64,000 bases of DNA from NCBI RefSeq assembly GCF_963921235.1, contig NC_086097.1:251970001-252034000 (forward strand). The letters run 5' to 3'. Shown here piece by piece: positions 23,935-37,101 of this stretch (position 1 is its first letter; every line of letters begins with the position of its first letter). The notes beneath the pieces are model-generated. The model was given only the letters and a program-made list of their open reading frames with translations, was not told where the DNA came from and did not search any database. A program made the translations under genes and the position numbers. The stretch comes from Mobula hypostoma (taxonomy: Eukaryota).

Positions 23935-24348
23935 ACATAGTCATACTTTATTGATCCTGGGGGAAATTGGTTTTCGTTACAGTTGCACCATAAATAATAA
24001 ATAGTAATAGAAATAGTAATAGTCATGGAAATAATAAATAGTAATAGAATAGTAATAGAAAAATAGTAATAAATAGTTAAATAGTAATATGTAAATTATG
24101 CCAGTAAATTATGAAATAAGTCCAGGACCAGCCTATCGGCTCAGGGTGTCTGACCCTCCAAGGGAGGAGTTGTAAAGTTTGATGGCCACAGGCAGGAATG
24201 ACTTCCTATGACGCTCAGTGTTGCATCTCGGAGGAATGAGTCTCTGGCTGAATGTACTCCTGTGCCCAACCAGTACATTATGTAGTGGATGGGAGACATT
24301 GACCAAGATGGCACGCAACTTAGACAGCATCCTCTTTTCAGACAACAC
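23935..24348 (-). mobile_element. Rex1/Babar-type 3' fragment, subfamily B
   Basis: 'HPLHNVLVGHRSTFSQRLIPPRCNTERHRKSFLPVAIKLYN'; high-identity copy at 39835-40212 (+); (GACTAT) tail. Confidence 0.8.
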
Positions 24349-24547
24349 CATACTACAAATCAGAATGAAAATTGAAACATCAGTCCTTTTGATTTTATTT
24401 ATTAATTGAAGGGTGCTCATTGCTGGGAGAGACTTTGCCTGAGATGGACTTTTTAGGTCCTTTTCAGGGAAAATTTAATTTCCTTTTGTGTATCATACAA
24501 TTGACATCTATGAAGCACACTGAATCATTCTTCTCCAAACTTTGCAG

Positions 24548-24648
24548 GGATTAATTGAGATTTTCCTCAATGACAACGTTACCTTGAGTTTGTTACCCCA
24601 CTTCAGACAGTCTGTCCTGAGAGAGCTTTCTCAGATGGCTCAAAATGG
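24548..24648 (+). CDS. INTS8: INTS8 coding exon (~exon 9)
   Basis: ttgcag|GGA...AATGG|gtaag. Encodes GLIEIFLNDNVTLSLLPHFRQSVLRELSQMAQN(G). Confidence 0.93.
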
Positions 24649-24689
24649 GTAAGAACCTTCAATTCATCTTTGTGCAAAATAAATAGAAC

Positions 24690-25205
24690 ATAAAAGAAAG
24701 GATGTAATGCTGATGTTTTGTAAGCCATTGGTCAGACCGCACCTGGAGTATTGTGAGTAGTTTTGGGTCCCTTATCTAAAATGGATATGTTGGCGTTGGA
24801 GAGGATCCAGAGGAGGTTCATAAGAATAGCTACAGGAATGAAAGGGTTAATGAATGAGCATCGTTTGATGCCTCTGGGCTCATACTCACTGGAGTTTAAA
24901 AGAACCTACTGAATATTGACATAGTGGATGTGGAGAGAATCGTTCCTATAGTGGGAGAGTCTAGGACCAAAAGGCACAACCTCAGAATGGAGGGACATCC
25001 CTTAAGAACAGAGAAGAGGAGGAACTATTTTGGCCAGAGGTGGTGAATCTATAGAATTCATTGCCGCAGACAGTTGTGGAGACCAAGTCATTGAGTATAT
25101 TTAAAGTGGAGGTTGAGAGGGATAATAAATCAGCCATGATGAAATGGTAAAGCAGACTCAATTGGCAAATGGCCTAATTCTGCTCCTGTGTCTTTTGGTA
25201 TCATA
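24690..25205 (+). mobile_element. Degenerate CR1 3' fragment
   Basis: 'LVRPHLEYC' equivalent and the GGCCTAATTCTGCTCC 3' UTR. Confidence 0.75.
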
Positions 25206-26270
25206 ATATGTGCTGGCTTATGTAGACACGACAGGCAGAAGGGCCTGTTTCTGTTTTGTGCAGCTCCATTTGGAAAGGCTATTGGTGTTAGGTTTTATAG
25301 CAGTGGGGGTTGTGAGGCAGCAAATCACCTTCTGTAATTATTTTACTTAGCTTATAATGTAAAAGCATTGTACCAGGGAATAACATTTTCTTTGCATTCA
25401 TTATTATTACCAACTATTCAAATACTGGGGCATAATGATAGCACTATTACCGTGTCAGTAACCTGGGTCCAAATCCACCACTGTCTTTAAGGAGTTTGCA
25501 CGTTCTCTCTGTGACTGCATGGGTTTCCTCTGGGTGCCCTGATTTCCTGCCACATTCCAAAGACAAATGGATTAGTAGATTAATTGGTTAAGTAAGTGTA
25601 ATTGGGTGGCGCGGGCTCGTTGGGCTGGAGGCACCTGTTACCATAGATAAAGGAGCAGAATTAGACCATTTGGCCCATCGAGTCTACTCCACCATTTCAT
25701 TATGGCAGATCCATTTCCTTTTTGGCCCCAATCTCTTGCCTGTATCCCTTCATGCCCTCACTAATCAAAAACCTATCAACATCTGCTTTAAATATACCCA
25801 ATGACTTGACCTCCCCAGCTGCCTGTGGCAGTGAATTCTACAGATTCACCACCCTCTGGCTAAAGAAATTCCTCATCATTTCTATTCTAAATGGACGTTC
25901 CTCTATTCTGAGGCTGTGCCATCTGGTCCTGGATTCCCCCACTATAGGAAACATACTCTCCACATCCACTCCTTCTCGGCCTTCCAGTATTCGATAGAGT
26001 GTTACCATGCTGTATCTCTAAATAAATTAAATAAATAAACATGGCATTGAATTCAGATTATGGCACTGGATTCATTGAAGATCTCTCGCACCAAAGGAAG
26101 CATCCTCTGCAAGTCTGTTGTACCCACTCCTTGGAATATTTGATAGATTTCAATGAGATCCCACTGTCATGCTTCTAAACTCCATCAAGTACAGGCCCAG
26201 GACCAGTAAATGCTCCTCATCCTTATTCTGGCCAATCATTCTTTGTGTATTCAATCATACAACTAGAAGA

Positions 26271-26394
26271 GGGTCTCTGACGAAGGGTCTCGGCCCAAAA
26301 CGTTGATTGTTCGTTTCCACGGATGCTGCCCGACCCGCTGAGTTCCTCCAGCGTGTTGCTTTGACCCCAGCATCTGCAGAGTATTTTGTGTTTG
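26271..26394 (+). mobile_element. Mini PLE 3' end starting at a hammerhead motif (G12>A)
   Basis: CTGACGA-AGGG-tctcgg-CCC-AAAA-CGTT at 26277-26304, followed by the family 3' end CAGCATCTGCAG..GTGTTT. Confidence 0.75.
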
Positions 26395-26438
26395 TAATCA
26401 GAGGAGGGAGCTGGTCATTGATATCCCATCTGTTACAG

Positions 26439-26580
26439 GGATAGAAACTTAGAAGAAGTTTGCTGTAAAATCTGTATATGCAATACCATTCGAGATGTCC
26501 TGGAGCAGCAGATGATTGGAGTACGGTTCCATCAACTAATGCTGAAGCCGACCAAAGAAAGAATCGACTTCCTGTTGGAG
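26439..26580 (+). CDS. INTS8: INTS8 coding exon (~exon 10)
   Basis: ttacag|G...TTGGAG|gtacgg. Encodes DRNLEEVCCKICICNTIRDVLEQQMIGVRFHQLMLKPTKERIDFLLE. Confidence 0.93.
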
Positions 26581-27179
26581 GTACGGTCATACATGAATAC
26601 TTACTGCTTCTGAAGTATAAGATCATCTGTCAAAGTTAGACTTTTTAAATGAGGAGTAATCACAGGAGGACATTTAGTGCAACACTCGGCCATTTTGTCT
26701 TCCTCCCCACCCCCTTCTCTGACATAAGACCATAAGACATAGGAGCAGAATTTGCTAAGTCTGCGTCACTGTTCCATCATGGCTGATCTATTCTCCTGCT
26801 TTATCGACCTCTGCCTTAAATATGCACAATAACTTGGTCTCCACAGCTGTTTGTGATTGAATTCCACAGATTCACCATTCTCTGGCTAAAGAAATTCCTC
26901 CTCATCTCCGTTCTAAACGGACGTCCCTCAATTCTGAGGCTGTGCCCTCTGGTCCTAGACTCACCATTAGGAAACATTCTCTCCACATCCACTCTATCAA
27001 GGCCTTTCAATATTTGATAGGTTTCAATGTGAAAATGTTTTTATGAAGCAGGGTTGCTAGCTGCATACCCAAGCCACCTCCTTTTGCAGCCAGGCTTGGA
27101 ACCATACATGGCAGAGTTATGCACAAACGTTGGCAGAAAGTTGTTGTTCTTGTAATTACAGTCGGCAAAGGTGTTAACA

Positions 27180-28195
27180 TACATAGAACATAGAAATTTA
27201 CAGCGCATTACAGTCCCTTCGGCCCACAATATTGTGCTGACCATGTACTCTGGAAACTGCCTAGAATTTCCCTAGAGCATAGCCCTCTATTTTTCTATCT
27301 ATCTATTGTGTACAGTTCCACCACCGCCGCCGGCAGTGCATTCCACACACCCACCACTCTCTGTGTGAAAAACTTACTCCTGACGTCCCCTCTCTATCTA
27401 TTTCCAAGTACCTTAAAACTATGCGACCTCATGTTAGCCATTCCAGCCCTGGGAAAAAGCCTCTGGCTACCTACACAGTCAATGCCCTTCATCATCTTAT
27501 ACACCTCTATCAGGTCACCTCTCATCCTCCGTCACTCCAAGGAGAAAAGGCCGAGTTCACTCAACTATTCTCATAAGGTACTCCCTCCAAACCAGGCAAC
27601 ATCCTTGTAAATCTCCTCTGCACTCTTTCTTGTCCACATCCTTCCTGTAACCTGCACAGCAACTTTGAGTGTCTTATTGACACGACTCCAGGATCTCTCA
27701 GGTCTTCCATGCTGCCAGGAATCTTACCATTTACATTCTGTCTTCAAATTGGACCTACCAAAATGAACCACTTCACACTTATCTGGGTTGAAGTCCATCT
27801 GCCACTTCTCAACCTTGCATCCTATTGATGTCCCGCTGTACCCTCTGACAACCCTCCAGACTATCCACAACACCCCCAACTTTTGTGTCATCCGCAAACT
27901 TGCTAACCCACCCTTATACTTCTTCATCCAGGTCATTTTAAAAAATCACAAAGAGGAGAGGTCCCAGAACTGATCCCTGTGGAACACCATTGATCACCGA
28001 CCTCCATGTAGAATATGAACCATATATAACCACCCTTTGCCTTCTGTGGGCAAGCCAATTCTGGATCCACAAAGCAAGGTCTCCTTGGATCCCATGCCTC
28101 CTTACTTTCTGAATGAGCCTTGCACGGGGAACTTTATCAAATGCTTTAATGAAATCCATATACACTACATCCTCTGCTCTACCTTCATCAATTGT
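27180..28195 (-). mobile_element. CR1 RT and 3' fragment
   Basis: 'VYMDFIKAFDKVP..GVPQGSVLGPLLF' and a CR1 tail at 27180-27200. Confidence 0.88.
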
Positions 28196-30143
28196 TGCCA
28201 ATTAACTGGATGCTGAAATCTCTCACTCATTCCTCAACCATATTTCATTTACTTGTGCGCAACGAGAACAGCCTGGCCCATCACCCACTCTGTTCTGAAG
28301 TTTGAACAGAGAAATGACATTTTTATACAGAATTGACGATTTGGTAAACGGTGTATGTTTGAATTCCTTACCTGCAAGATCAGTCGCCATTCAGAATACA
28401 GGTATTAAGTCAGTAGGAACTACAAGCTATCAACCAATGACAATTTGAAGTTAGTAAAGTGATTGTCCCCTAGTTGGTGTGTGTTCTTTGAATCTTTCTG
28501 TTATATTCTTGTCTTGTCCTCATATGTCAAATGGCTCCAATCCCCTGCTGTGCAAAGTGAAGCCATGCTCTTCAAAAACCTTCCTTAAAAGATTTTTCTT
28601 GCCATGGGCTGACTGAAGGCTGTCTTTGCCCAGACATTAACTTAACCCTTGTCTGCCACAACTTACACAGGGGCAAAGAAAAATGTATAATGTCTATCAT
28701 TTTTCAAAGTCAGAAGTTCAAAGTACATTTATTATCAAGTTTGTATACATTATAGAACCTTGAGATTCGTCTCCTTACAGGCAGCCACGAAACAAAGAAA
28801 CCCAAAAGAATCCGTAGAAAAAGACCATTGAATACCCAATGTGCAGAGAGAGGAAAAACAAATAGTGCAAACAACAAAAGTAAGCAATAGCATTCAGAAC
28901 AAACGTGAGTCCATAAACATGGAGCTCAGAGCAGGCAGGCCACAGCCTCAACCTCAGTTCAGTGCGGGGCCAAATAAACATCACGGAGCAGCAAGTAGAA
29001 CAAGCCCAACCCTTGACTCTGGTCCTGACACCTTGCCTTTAAAGTCTATCTGGCCTGCCGTTTAAATCATCCAAACGGTCGATCAGGCCGTTCCTCGCAC
29101 CAAGACCCAAGCCCTGTCCTGTCACATCTGTATGCTCTGAGACTAGGCCCCGCTGCCACACTCCAGCCTGTACCCAACCTTTCCAAGTCAGCCTGCTCTA
29201 CCTACAGGAAAGATGTCAGTAAGTTTGAAAGAGTGCAGAGAAAATTAATAAGGACTTTGCCAGGACTTGAGGATCAGAGTTATAGGGAAAGATTAGGACT
29301 TTATTCCTTGGAGTGTAGGAGAAAGAGGGGAGATTTAGTAGAGGTGTACAAAATTATGAGGAATATAGATGGGATAAGTACAACCAGGCTTTTTCCACGA
29401 AGGTTGAGTTAGACAACGAGAAGTCATGGGTTAAGGGTGAAAGGTAAAATGTTTAAGGGAACTATGTGGGAAAACTTTGTCATTCAGAGGGTGGTGAGAG
29501 TGTGGTAGATGTGGGTTTGATTTCAACGTTTAATAGAATTTTCAAAAGGTACATGAATAGCAGGGTTATTGAGGGCTATGGTCTGAGTGCATGCAGGTCG
29601 ATGGGCCAGGCAGATTAATATTTCAATACAGACTAGATGGGCTGAAGGGCCTTTTCTGTGCTGTAGTGTTAGATGACTCTGATTAATCTCAGACCTGGAA
29701 GTTGAGCAATTGCATCCTGATAAAGGTTTATGTGATTATGAGAGGCATAGATAGAGTAGATAGGGAGTATCTTTTTCCCAGGGTTGAAATGTTTCATACC
29801 AGAGGGTGAGATGCCTGGAATGTGCTGCCTGGTGTGGTGGTAGAGGCAAATACATTAGAGGCTTTTCAGAGGCGTTTAGATAGGCACATGGAAGATAAGG
29901 AAGGTGGGGGGATGTGGACACGGACATGATGTGGGTAGGAGGGATTATTAGTTTGGGGGGGTGGATTATTAACTTTTTCACTGATTCGGCACAACATTGT
30001 GGGACTAAGGACCTGTCCCTGTGCTGTACTTTTCTATCAATATTTTATGAGACCAAATACTGATGAGAATGAAAAAATTGCTTGTGTTAACCGATATTTT
30101 CTTTGTAAATAGATGATTCATGAGAATATAATTAATGTTTTAG

Positions 30144-30214
30144 ACATGTGTACGGTCATTAAACCTGGATCAAGCCTCAGAAGACTCTAAACGAAACATT
30201 GCTGCTTTCTTAAA
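30144..30214 (+). CDS. INTS8: INTS8 coding exon (~exon 11)
   Basis: tttag|ACA...TTAAA|gtaggt. Encodes TCVRSLNLDQASEDSKRNIAAFL(K). Confidence 0.92.
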
Positions 30215-31109
30215 GTAGGTGTTTTTAAGTAGTATAACAAATATTTCTATGTAATTCTTATTGTTCTTTAGCTCACCTCAACAGGCTGAATATATCTTAT
30301 GGTCTTTATATAATTGTTTTTTGTTATTTATTTCCTAATATCTTGCTGTTTAAAGATACCAGGCAGCAAGCTATTCTCGAATGGTTTTGAACTAGTGTAA
30401 CAAGCATTAAATACATTTTACAGTGCTGGAGTCTTGTCGGTTGAAAACTTTGTGTGTGTATTACTCAAATAAGCAGTTCCTGCTCAAGTTCAACTTCTGT
30501 TTTTTGTTATTCAACCGTACACATGTTTTCCACCAAACAAAAACAGCATTCCTCCGGACCAAGGTGCACAACACGGTACACGTAACACAGAAAGTAATAT
30601 TACCACTAGTAATTTAACAAATAATAGGATGCATTTAGGATTCAAGTCAAAAAGTAAACAGTATAACTCTCTTGGCACTTAATACATGATGAGACCTGGG
30701 TGTTGATAGGGAGTTCAGTAGTTGTAGGGGTTGGGGGAAGAAGCTGTTTCCCATCCTAACAATCCTTGTCCTAATGCTACAGTACCTCCTGCCTGATATT
30801 AGGTTGGATGGATGGAGGGATCATTGACAATGCTGAGGGCCCTCTGTAAGCAGGGCTCTCGAGAGATAAGGAGAACATTTCGTGCATCACTTGGCCATTT
30901 TGAGTTTCTCCACACCTCCTTCTCTCACATTTGGCCCATCGAATCTCCTCCACCATTTCATCATGGCTGATCCATTTTCCTCTCAGCCCCAATCTCCTGT
31001 CTTCTCCCCATATCCCTTCATTCCCTAACTAATCAAGAATCTATCAACTTTTACCTTAAATATACCTAATGACATCCTCCACAGCTGCCACTGGCAACAA
31101 ATTCCATAG

Positions 31110-32410
31110 ATTCACCCCCTCTATCTAAAGGTATATTCTTGGATGTTAAACTCCCAACTATAATCTTCTTTCGGCCGTGATTCAGTGATGCCTAAAACAT
31201 CATACATGCCAATCTCTAACTGCACCACAAGATTATCTACTTTATTTCATATACTGCTTGCATTCAAATGTAATACCTTCAGTTTTGCATTCATCACCCT
31301 TTTCGATTTTGTCTCCCCTTTACATTGTAACTCATCCTGTTGACTGCAATTTTACCCAATCAACAGCCTCTCCTTGCAAGCAGCCTCACTACACACTGCC
31401 TCTGTAAACCAATTGCCCCATCCAACACTGTCCTACCTCCCCCAGAAGAGATCCCAATGATCTAGAAATCTGAACCCCTGCCCCTTTGCACAATTCCTCA
31501 GCCACGCATTCATCTGCCAAATCATCCTATTCTTACCCACACTGACGCATGTTACAGGCAGCCATCTAGACATTACTACCCTGGGGGTCCTGCTTTTCAA
31601 CTTCTTTCTACCTAGTTCCCTAAAACCTCTCCTCAGGACCTCCTCACCTATCCTATGTCATTGGTGCCAATATGTACCAAGACTTCTGGCTGCGCGCCCT
31701 TCCCAATTAGAATGTCATAGACCCAATCCGAGACATCCCTGACCCAAGCACCTAGGAGGCAACATACAATCCGGTTGACTCTCTAGTGCCCAGAGTCTCT
31801 GTGGAATCTTCTATCACTACTACAGTCCTCTTCACCTCTCTTCTCTTCTGAGCTACAGCACCAGACGCAGTACCAGAGACTCGGTCACTGTGGGTCCCCA
31901 CCCCTGGTAGTTCATTCCCCCTCAATAGCATCCAAAGTGGTGTACTTATAATTGAGAACAGCCACAGGGTTACTCTGCACTGGTTGCCCATTTCCCTTCC
32001 TTCTCCTGACAGTCACCCAGTTACCTGCCTCCTGCAACCCAGGGGTGACTACCTCCCTGTAGCTCCTGTCTATCACCTCTCATTCTCCGTGTGGGGCGAA
32101 GGTCATCAAACTGCAGCTCCAGTTCCTTAATACATTCTCTCAGGAGCTGCAACTCGATGCACCCAGTGTAGATGTATTTATCTGGGAGACTGGAGGGCTC
32201 CCAGACTTCCCACATCCCACACAGAGTACAGAACACAGGCACTGGGGCCATTCTCACTGCACTAACTGTGCCCTAACAGCTGAGGAATAAAGGAAAAACA
32301 AGAGAAACTGACCAGATACGTAGCTCGCTGATGCCTGATGAGTCAAAGCCACTCCAGCACCGAACCACTCACAACAATGGCAGCTCTGCTTCCATCTCCT
32401 TATTTTTATT
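31110..32410 (-). mobile_element. CR1 5' region (ORF1 zinc-finger/coiled-coil/esterase and ORF2 start), degenerate
   Basis: 'FCTLCGMWEV..CIELQLLRECIKELELQFDDL' and degenerate 'VHIGTND' esterase motif. Confidence 0.75.
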
Positions 32411-32796
32411 TGCCCTTTCTAAAGAATCCCACTCAGTGATGGGTCGCTGTCCAACTTTGGAAAAAACTTCCATGAAGCGCTGACTTTTTAATCTTGAGTG
32501 TGAACCTAAGTGAAAAGGTAGCTCTCTTCGCGTGCTCCCACTCAGAGACTGGACACAGTCTCTTGGGTGGAAGAGAGACCCCGATGATCCTTCCAGCAGT
32601 GCTCGCAATCCTTTGTAGGCACTTGTGGTCAGATGCCTTGCTCTCCCTCACTAACCTGTGCTATACAACAGCAGTCCCTGACATTGTTCTTCTGCCTGAA
32701 ATCCCATGCAACGTGCTGTTTACTTGTTTCCCCGGTCATAAGAACAACCAAAATTGACACCTTGTGAAAGGAGATCAAACCTTGTTAAAAATACAA

Positions 32797-33462
32797 TATT
32801 AGATTAGATTAGATTACGAGGACAAGCAGTCCTCTTTCATTGTCATTTAGTGGTGCATGCATTAAGAAATGATACAATGTTCCTCCAGAATGATATCATA
32901 GAAACACAAGACAAACCAAGACTAAAAAAACTGACAAAAACCACATAATTGTAACATATAGTTACAACAGTGCAAAACAGTACCGTAATTTGATAAAGAA
33001 CAGACCATGGGCACGGTAAAAAAAAGTCTCAAAGTCTCTTGAAAGTCCCATCATCTCACGCAGACGGTAGAAGGGAGAAACTCTCCCTGCCATGAGCTTC
33101 CAGCGCCACAAACTTACCGATGTAGCACCCTGGAAGCACCCGACCACAGCCCACTCTTGAGTCCGTCTGAAAACTTTGAGCCTCCGACACCGAGCACCGA
33201 ACACCATCTCTGCCAAGCGCTTCGACCCCGGCCCCGGCAACAGGCAAAGCCGAGGATCTGGGGCCTTCCCCTCCGGAGATTCTCGATTGCACAGTAGCAG
33301 CGGCCGCAAAGCAGGCATTTCAGAAGTTTCTCCAAATGTTCCTCTGTGCTTCTCACGTCTGTCTCCATCAAATCAGGATTGTGCACGGCCCCTGCTTAAC
33401 AAATATATCATTTCAGAGCGGCTACATGCGGTGCGTCGCGCCACCATCTTCTCCTCCCCTCC
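32797..33462 (-). mobile_element. Non-autonomous LINE-derived element, family C
   Basis: CpG-rich 5' end GGAGAAGATGGTGGCGCG..., (TCTAA)n 3' tail at 32797-32816, no ORF with recognisable motifs. Confidence 0.65.
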
Positions 33463-33904
33463 TAACTTTAGAACACAGAACATCACAGCATAGTACAGGC
33501 CTTTCAGCCCATAACTTTGTGCCAAACCATTTTAACCTATTTTAAAATCAATCTAACCCTCCCCTCCTACACAGCCCTCCATTTTTCTATCACCCATGTA
33601 CCTACCTAAGAGTTTCTTAAATGCCCCTAATGTATCTGTCTCTACTGCTACTTTTGGCAACACCGTCCATGTACTCACCAATATCCATGTAAAAAACAAT
33701 ACTTACCACAGATATCTCCCCTATAATTTCCCCCAATCACCTTAAAATTATATTGAAAACATTCAAAGTGAAATGAGTTGTATGCGTCAAATCGAATCAG
33801 TAGCAATTTTTATGTTGGTGACAGCCCATAAGAGTCTGCTTCTGGCGCCATTGTGTCAAGCTTGCAAATTACTAACCTTAACCATATATTTTGAAATGGT
33901 ACAC

Positions 33905-34185
33905 TCTCCTCTCCAACCAGATTCTCCTCCAGTCCTTTGCCTTTTCCACCTATTACCTCGCAGCTTCTTACTTCATCCCCCTCCTCCACTCACCTGGCTT
34001 CACTTACCAGCTGCCAGCTTTTCCTCCCCCTCATCCCACCTTCTTTTCAGTCCTCTTGAAGGGTCTCAGGCAGAAACGTCAACTGTTCACTCCCCTCCAC
34101 AAATGCTGTCTGATCTGTTGAGTTCCTCCAGCATGTAGTGTGTGTTGCTTTGGATTTCCAGTATCTGCAGAATCTCGTGTGTTTT
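33905..34185 (+). mobile_element. PLE pLTR 3' fragment with degenerate hammerhead
   Basis: CAGTC CTCTTGA AGGG tctcag GCA GAAA CGTC AACTG at about 34048-34085. Confidence 0.7.
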
Positions 34186-34424
34186 TGGTTTTTTTTGTTA
34201 TTTCTGCAGCGTATCCTGTGAAAGTCTATTTTGCCTGGTAGCTTAGAGAGTTGGGTTAAGGTCATGCTGTGTATAGGTTAAACTATACCTTGCTCAATTG
34301 GGTTTTCATGCTAGAAATGACAGTGTCTGTCTCCCATTCTCCAAATTTCTTAATTCAAATAGAAGCAACTTTGGGGGAAATTAAATAACATTGTGTAAAT
34401 CTGTAAGCATCTTGGCAACCTGGC

Positions 34425-34996
34425 TACACTGGTTGTTAGAGTGGTTAATGAGGCATATGGTGTGCATGTGTTTATTAGTCAAGGAATTAAGTTCAAAAGT
34501 CAGGAAGTTATGCTACAGCTTTATAAAACTCTAGTTAGGGTGCATCTGGAGTATTGCATATAGTTCTGGTCTTGCCATTATAGGAAGGGTGCTGGGTCTT
34601 CGGAGAGGGTGCAGAGAGGTTCACCGGGATGCTGCCTGGATTAGAGGGCATGAGCTGTCGTGAGAGGCTGAAGGGAACTCTGATAAAAGATTATGAGAGG
34701 CATTGATAGAATACCCAAACTGTACCTTTTTCCCAGGGTTGAAATGCCTAATGCCAGAGAGTATGCATTGAAGGTGGGGGGCGGAGGGGGGTAATTTCAA
34801 AGGAGATGTGAGGGGTACGGTTTCCACACAGAGAGCGGTGGGTGCCTGGGCTGGTGGTAGAGACAGGTACATGAGAGACATGAATGTGAGGGAAATGGAC
34901 ATTGTGTAGGTGGAAGGGCTTAGTTTAGTTGGCCATTCATTTGGCACAACACTGTGGGCCAGAGGGCCTGTTCCTGTGCTATACTGTTCTGTGTTC
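34425..34996 (+). mobile_element. Degenerate CR1 3' fragment abutting the exon 12 acceptor
   Basis: 'LYKTLVRVHLEYCI' equivalent; 3' end GGGCCAGAGGGCCTGTTCCTGTGCTATACTGTTCTGTGTTCT. Confidence 0.8.
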
Positions 34997-35009
34997 TGTT
35001 TCTCTACAG

Positions 35010-35185
35010 GAATCTGTGCCAAAGTTTGGATGAGCCCCAATTTGTTTCCATGATTACTTCACATGACTTGTGCATTAAATTGCTGATGGATGAAGAACGA
35101 AAACAGATAGTTGATCAAATGAAGAAGCGATCTTCTCGTGTTAAGTTCTCTGCCAAACCTTTGACTGTTTTCTATGATATACCAG
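35010..35185 (+). CDS. INTS8: INTS8 coding exon (~exon 12)
   Basis: ctacag|G...CCAG|gtgag. Encodes NLCQSLDEPQFVSMITSHDLCIKLLMDEERKQIVDQMKKRSSRVKFSAKPLTVFYDIP. Confidence 0.94.
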
Positions 35186-35539
35186 GTGAGCTTGCACAGA
35201 ACCTGTACTAAACTTCAGGTGCAAATTAGGGGGCCTCTTCATTTCTTTCATTTTGACTGTAAAAGCTTATTGTCAAGCCTATTTTAAAATCCCAGAAGAT
35301 AAACATTTGACCACCCAGCTGCTGGAAATCAAGAGCCACACACACAAAATACTGGAGGAACTCAGCAAGTCAGGCAAAATCTTTGGAAATAAATAAACTG
35401 TCAGTATTTTGGCCAAGATCCTTCATCAGGACTGGAAAGGAAAAGGGATGAGCCAGCAGGTTTACTTGTAAATGATGGGTATAGTGTGAATGTAAGCCAA
35501 TGATTGGGAATAAATGCAGTTAGAGCAAAGACTTCATTG

Positions 35540-35970
35540 TACCACAGAGGCAAAATTCAAAAAGATGAAGAATGCAGGACTGAAGGTGCTGTACTTAAAT
35601 GTCTGTAGCATCCAGAATAAGGTGGATGAACTCGTGGCGCAATTAGAGATTGCTCAGTATGATGTTGTGGGCATCACTGAGTCATGACTGATGTTGGGAG
35701 CTTAACATCAAAGGATATACTTTGTATTGAAAGCACAGGCAGGAAGGCATAGGCAGTGGGGGGCTCTGTTGGTAATAGATGCAATTACATCTTTAGAAAG
35801 AGGTGATATAGGGTCAGAGAATGTTGAATCTTTGTGGGTGGAGTTAAGAAACTGCAAGGGTAAAACAACCATTATGGGAATCATATATAGGCCTCCAAAT
35901 GGTAGCCAAGATGTGGGGTTAAGATTGCAAAGGGTGCTGGAAAGGGCATGTAATAAGGATAATGTCATTG
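35540..35970 (+). mobile_element. CR1 ORF2 N-terminal endonuclease fragment
   Basis: 'LKVLYLNVCSIQNKVDEL..YDVVGITES' and 'ESLWVELRN..MGIIYRPP'. Confidence 0.85.
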
Positions 35971-35974
35971 TATT

Positions 35975-36660
35975 CTCCCTGTATTCTGTTTTCAGGACCT
36001 CCTCCCTTTTTCTACCTGTGTCATTGGTACCAATATGTACCACGACTTCTGGGTGCTTCCCCTCCCTTTTCAGGATACTGTGGGTGCGTTCAGAAACATC
36101 GTGGACCCTGGAACCTGGGAGGCAAACTACCATCCGCGTGTCCTCTTTGCATCCACAGAATCGCCTATCTGTCCCTCTAACTATAGAGCCCCCTATCACT
36201 GCTGCCATCCTCTTCCTTTCCCTACTCTTCTGAGCCTCAGGGACAGACTCAGTGCCAGAGGCACAACTGCTGTTACTTCCTCCACCCCCAACAGTACTCC
36301 ACTATCTGTGTGTGATAAGTTCTCCACTATCTGAAGTTCCCTCTCCCTCTCTTGACAGTCATCCATTTATCTGTCTCCTGTAGGTTTGGGGTGACTACCT
36401 CCCTGTAGCTCCTGTCTATCACCTCCTCACTTTCCCTAACAAGCCAAAGGTCGTCGAACTGCAGTTCCAGTTTCCAAACTTGGTCTCTAAGAAGCTGCAT
36501 CTCGGAGTACATGATGCAGATATGGCCATCGGGGAGGCTGGAAGTCTCCTGGAAATCCCACATCTGACACACAGATAGAACGCTGGCCCTGCAGACATAC
36601 CCTATTCTTTGAAGAGTTAAATAAGAAAAAGAAATAAACTTACCTACTTAGTTCGCCTCC
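35975..36660 (-). mobile_element. CR1 ORF1 fragment (SGNH esterase and coiled coil)
   Basis: 'VIGGSIVRG..VCLPGSRV..VVVHIGTND' and 'CQMWDF..QLLRDQVWKLELQFDDL'. Confidence 0.85.
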
Positions 36661-36674
36661 ACCTGTTCTCTCCA

Positions 36675-37101
36675 TCGTCATCATCATGACTATCCCTCGA
36701 GGTCGAGGATGATGCTCTTCGTTCTGTTGATCAAGTGGCCCACAGAGTGAAGACGCCTGTGCATGTATTTGTTTAATGTGTACTTGATGTTGCACTCCAA
36801 GAAGCACACGATACTTCACAAATCAACCAACTGATTCCAATGGCACGGAAACCACGACGATTGGAGCTGATGGATTTGTTGCAGCTTTCATCCACCTTCA
36901 CAGCCGTTGAGTTCGAAGTAACTTCATCCGCCTGTTCCACCGTTGAGGTCTTGGTTGGATTGTTCTTTGTCAGGGACCTCACCCTCGACCTTACCGCCAT
37001 GGGTGACCCTACCAGGAGCATGGCTCCAGACGGTATTGCTCTCGGGATCACAGGACCACACAAGCCTCTCCACCACGACAAGGTGACAATCCAGGGAGAA
37101 G
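36675..37101 (-). mobile_element. Short non-autonomous RTE-derived element (5' UTR joined to (GAT)n tail)
   Basis: 5' end TGTCACCTTGTCGTGGTGGAGAGGCTTG...CCTGGTAGGGTCACCCA resembles RTE/Rex3/BovB 5' UTRs; TSD CTGTTC(T/C)CTCCA at 36663-36674 and 37102-37113. Confidence 0.75.

Noticed and set aside
23995..24095. AATAGT(AAT) array as CRISPR-like or functional tandem repeat
   Set aside because: It is a low-complexity expansion inside a LINE 3' UTR; the sibling copy near 40100-40150 has a shorter version and there are no spacers.
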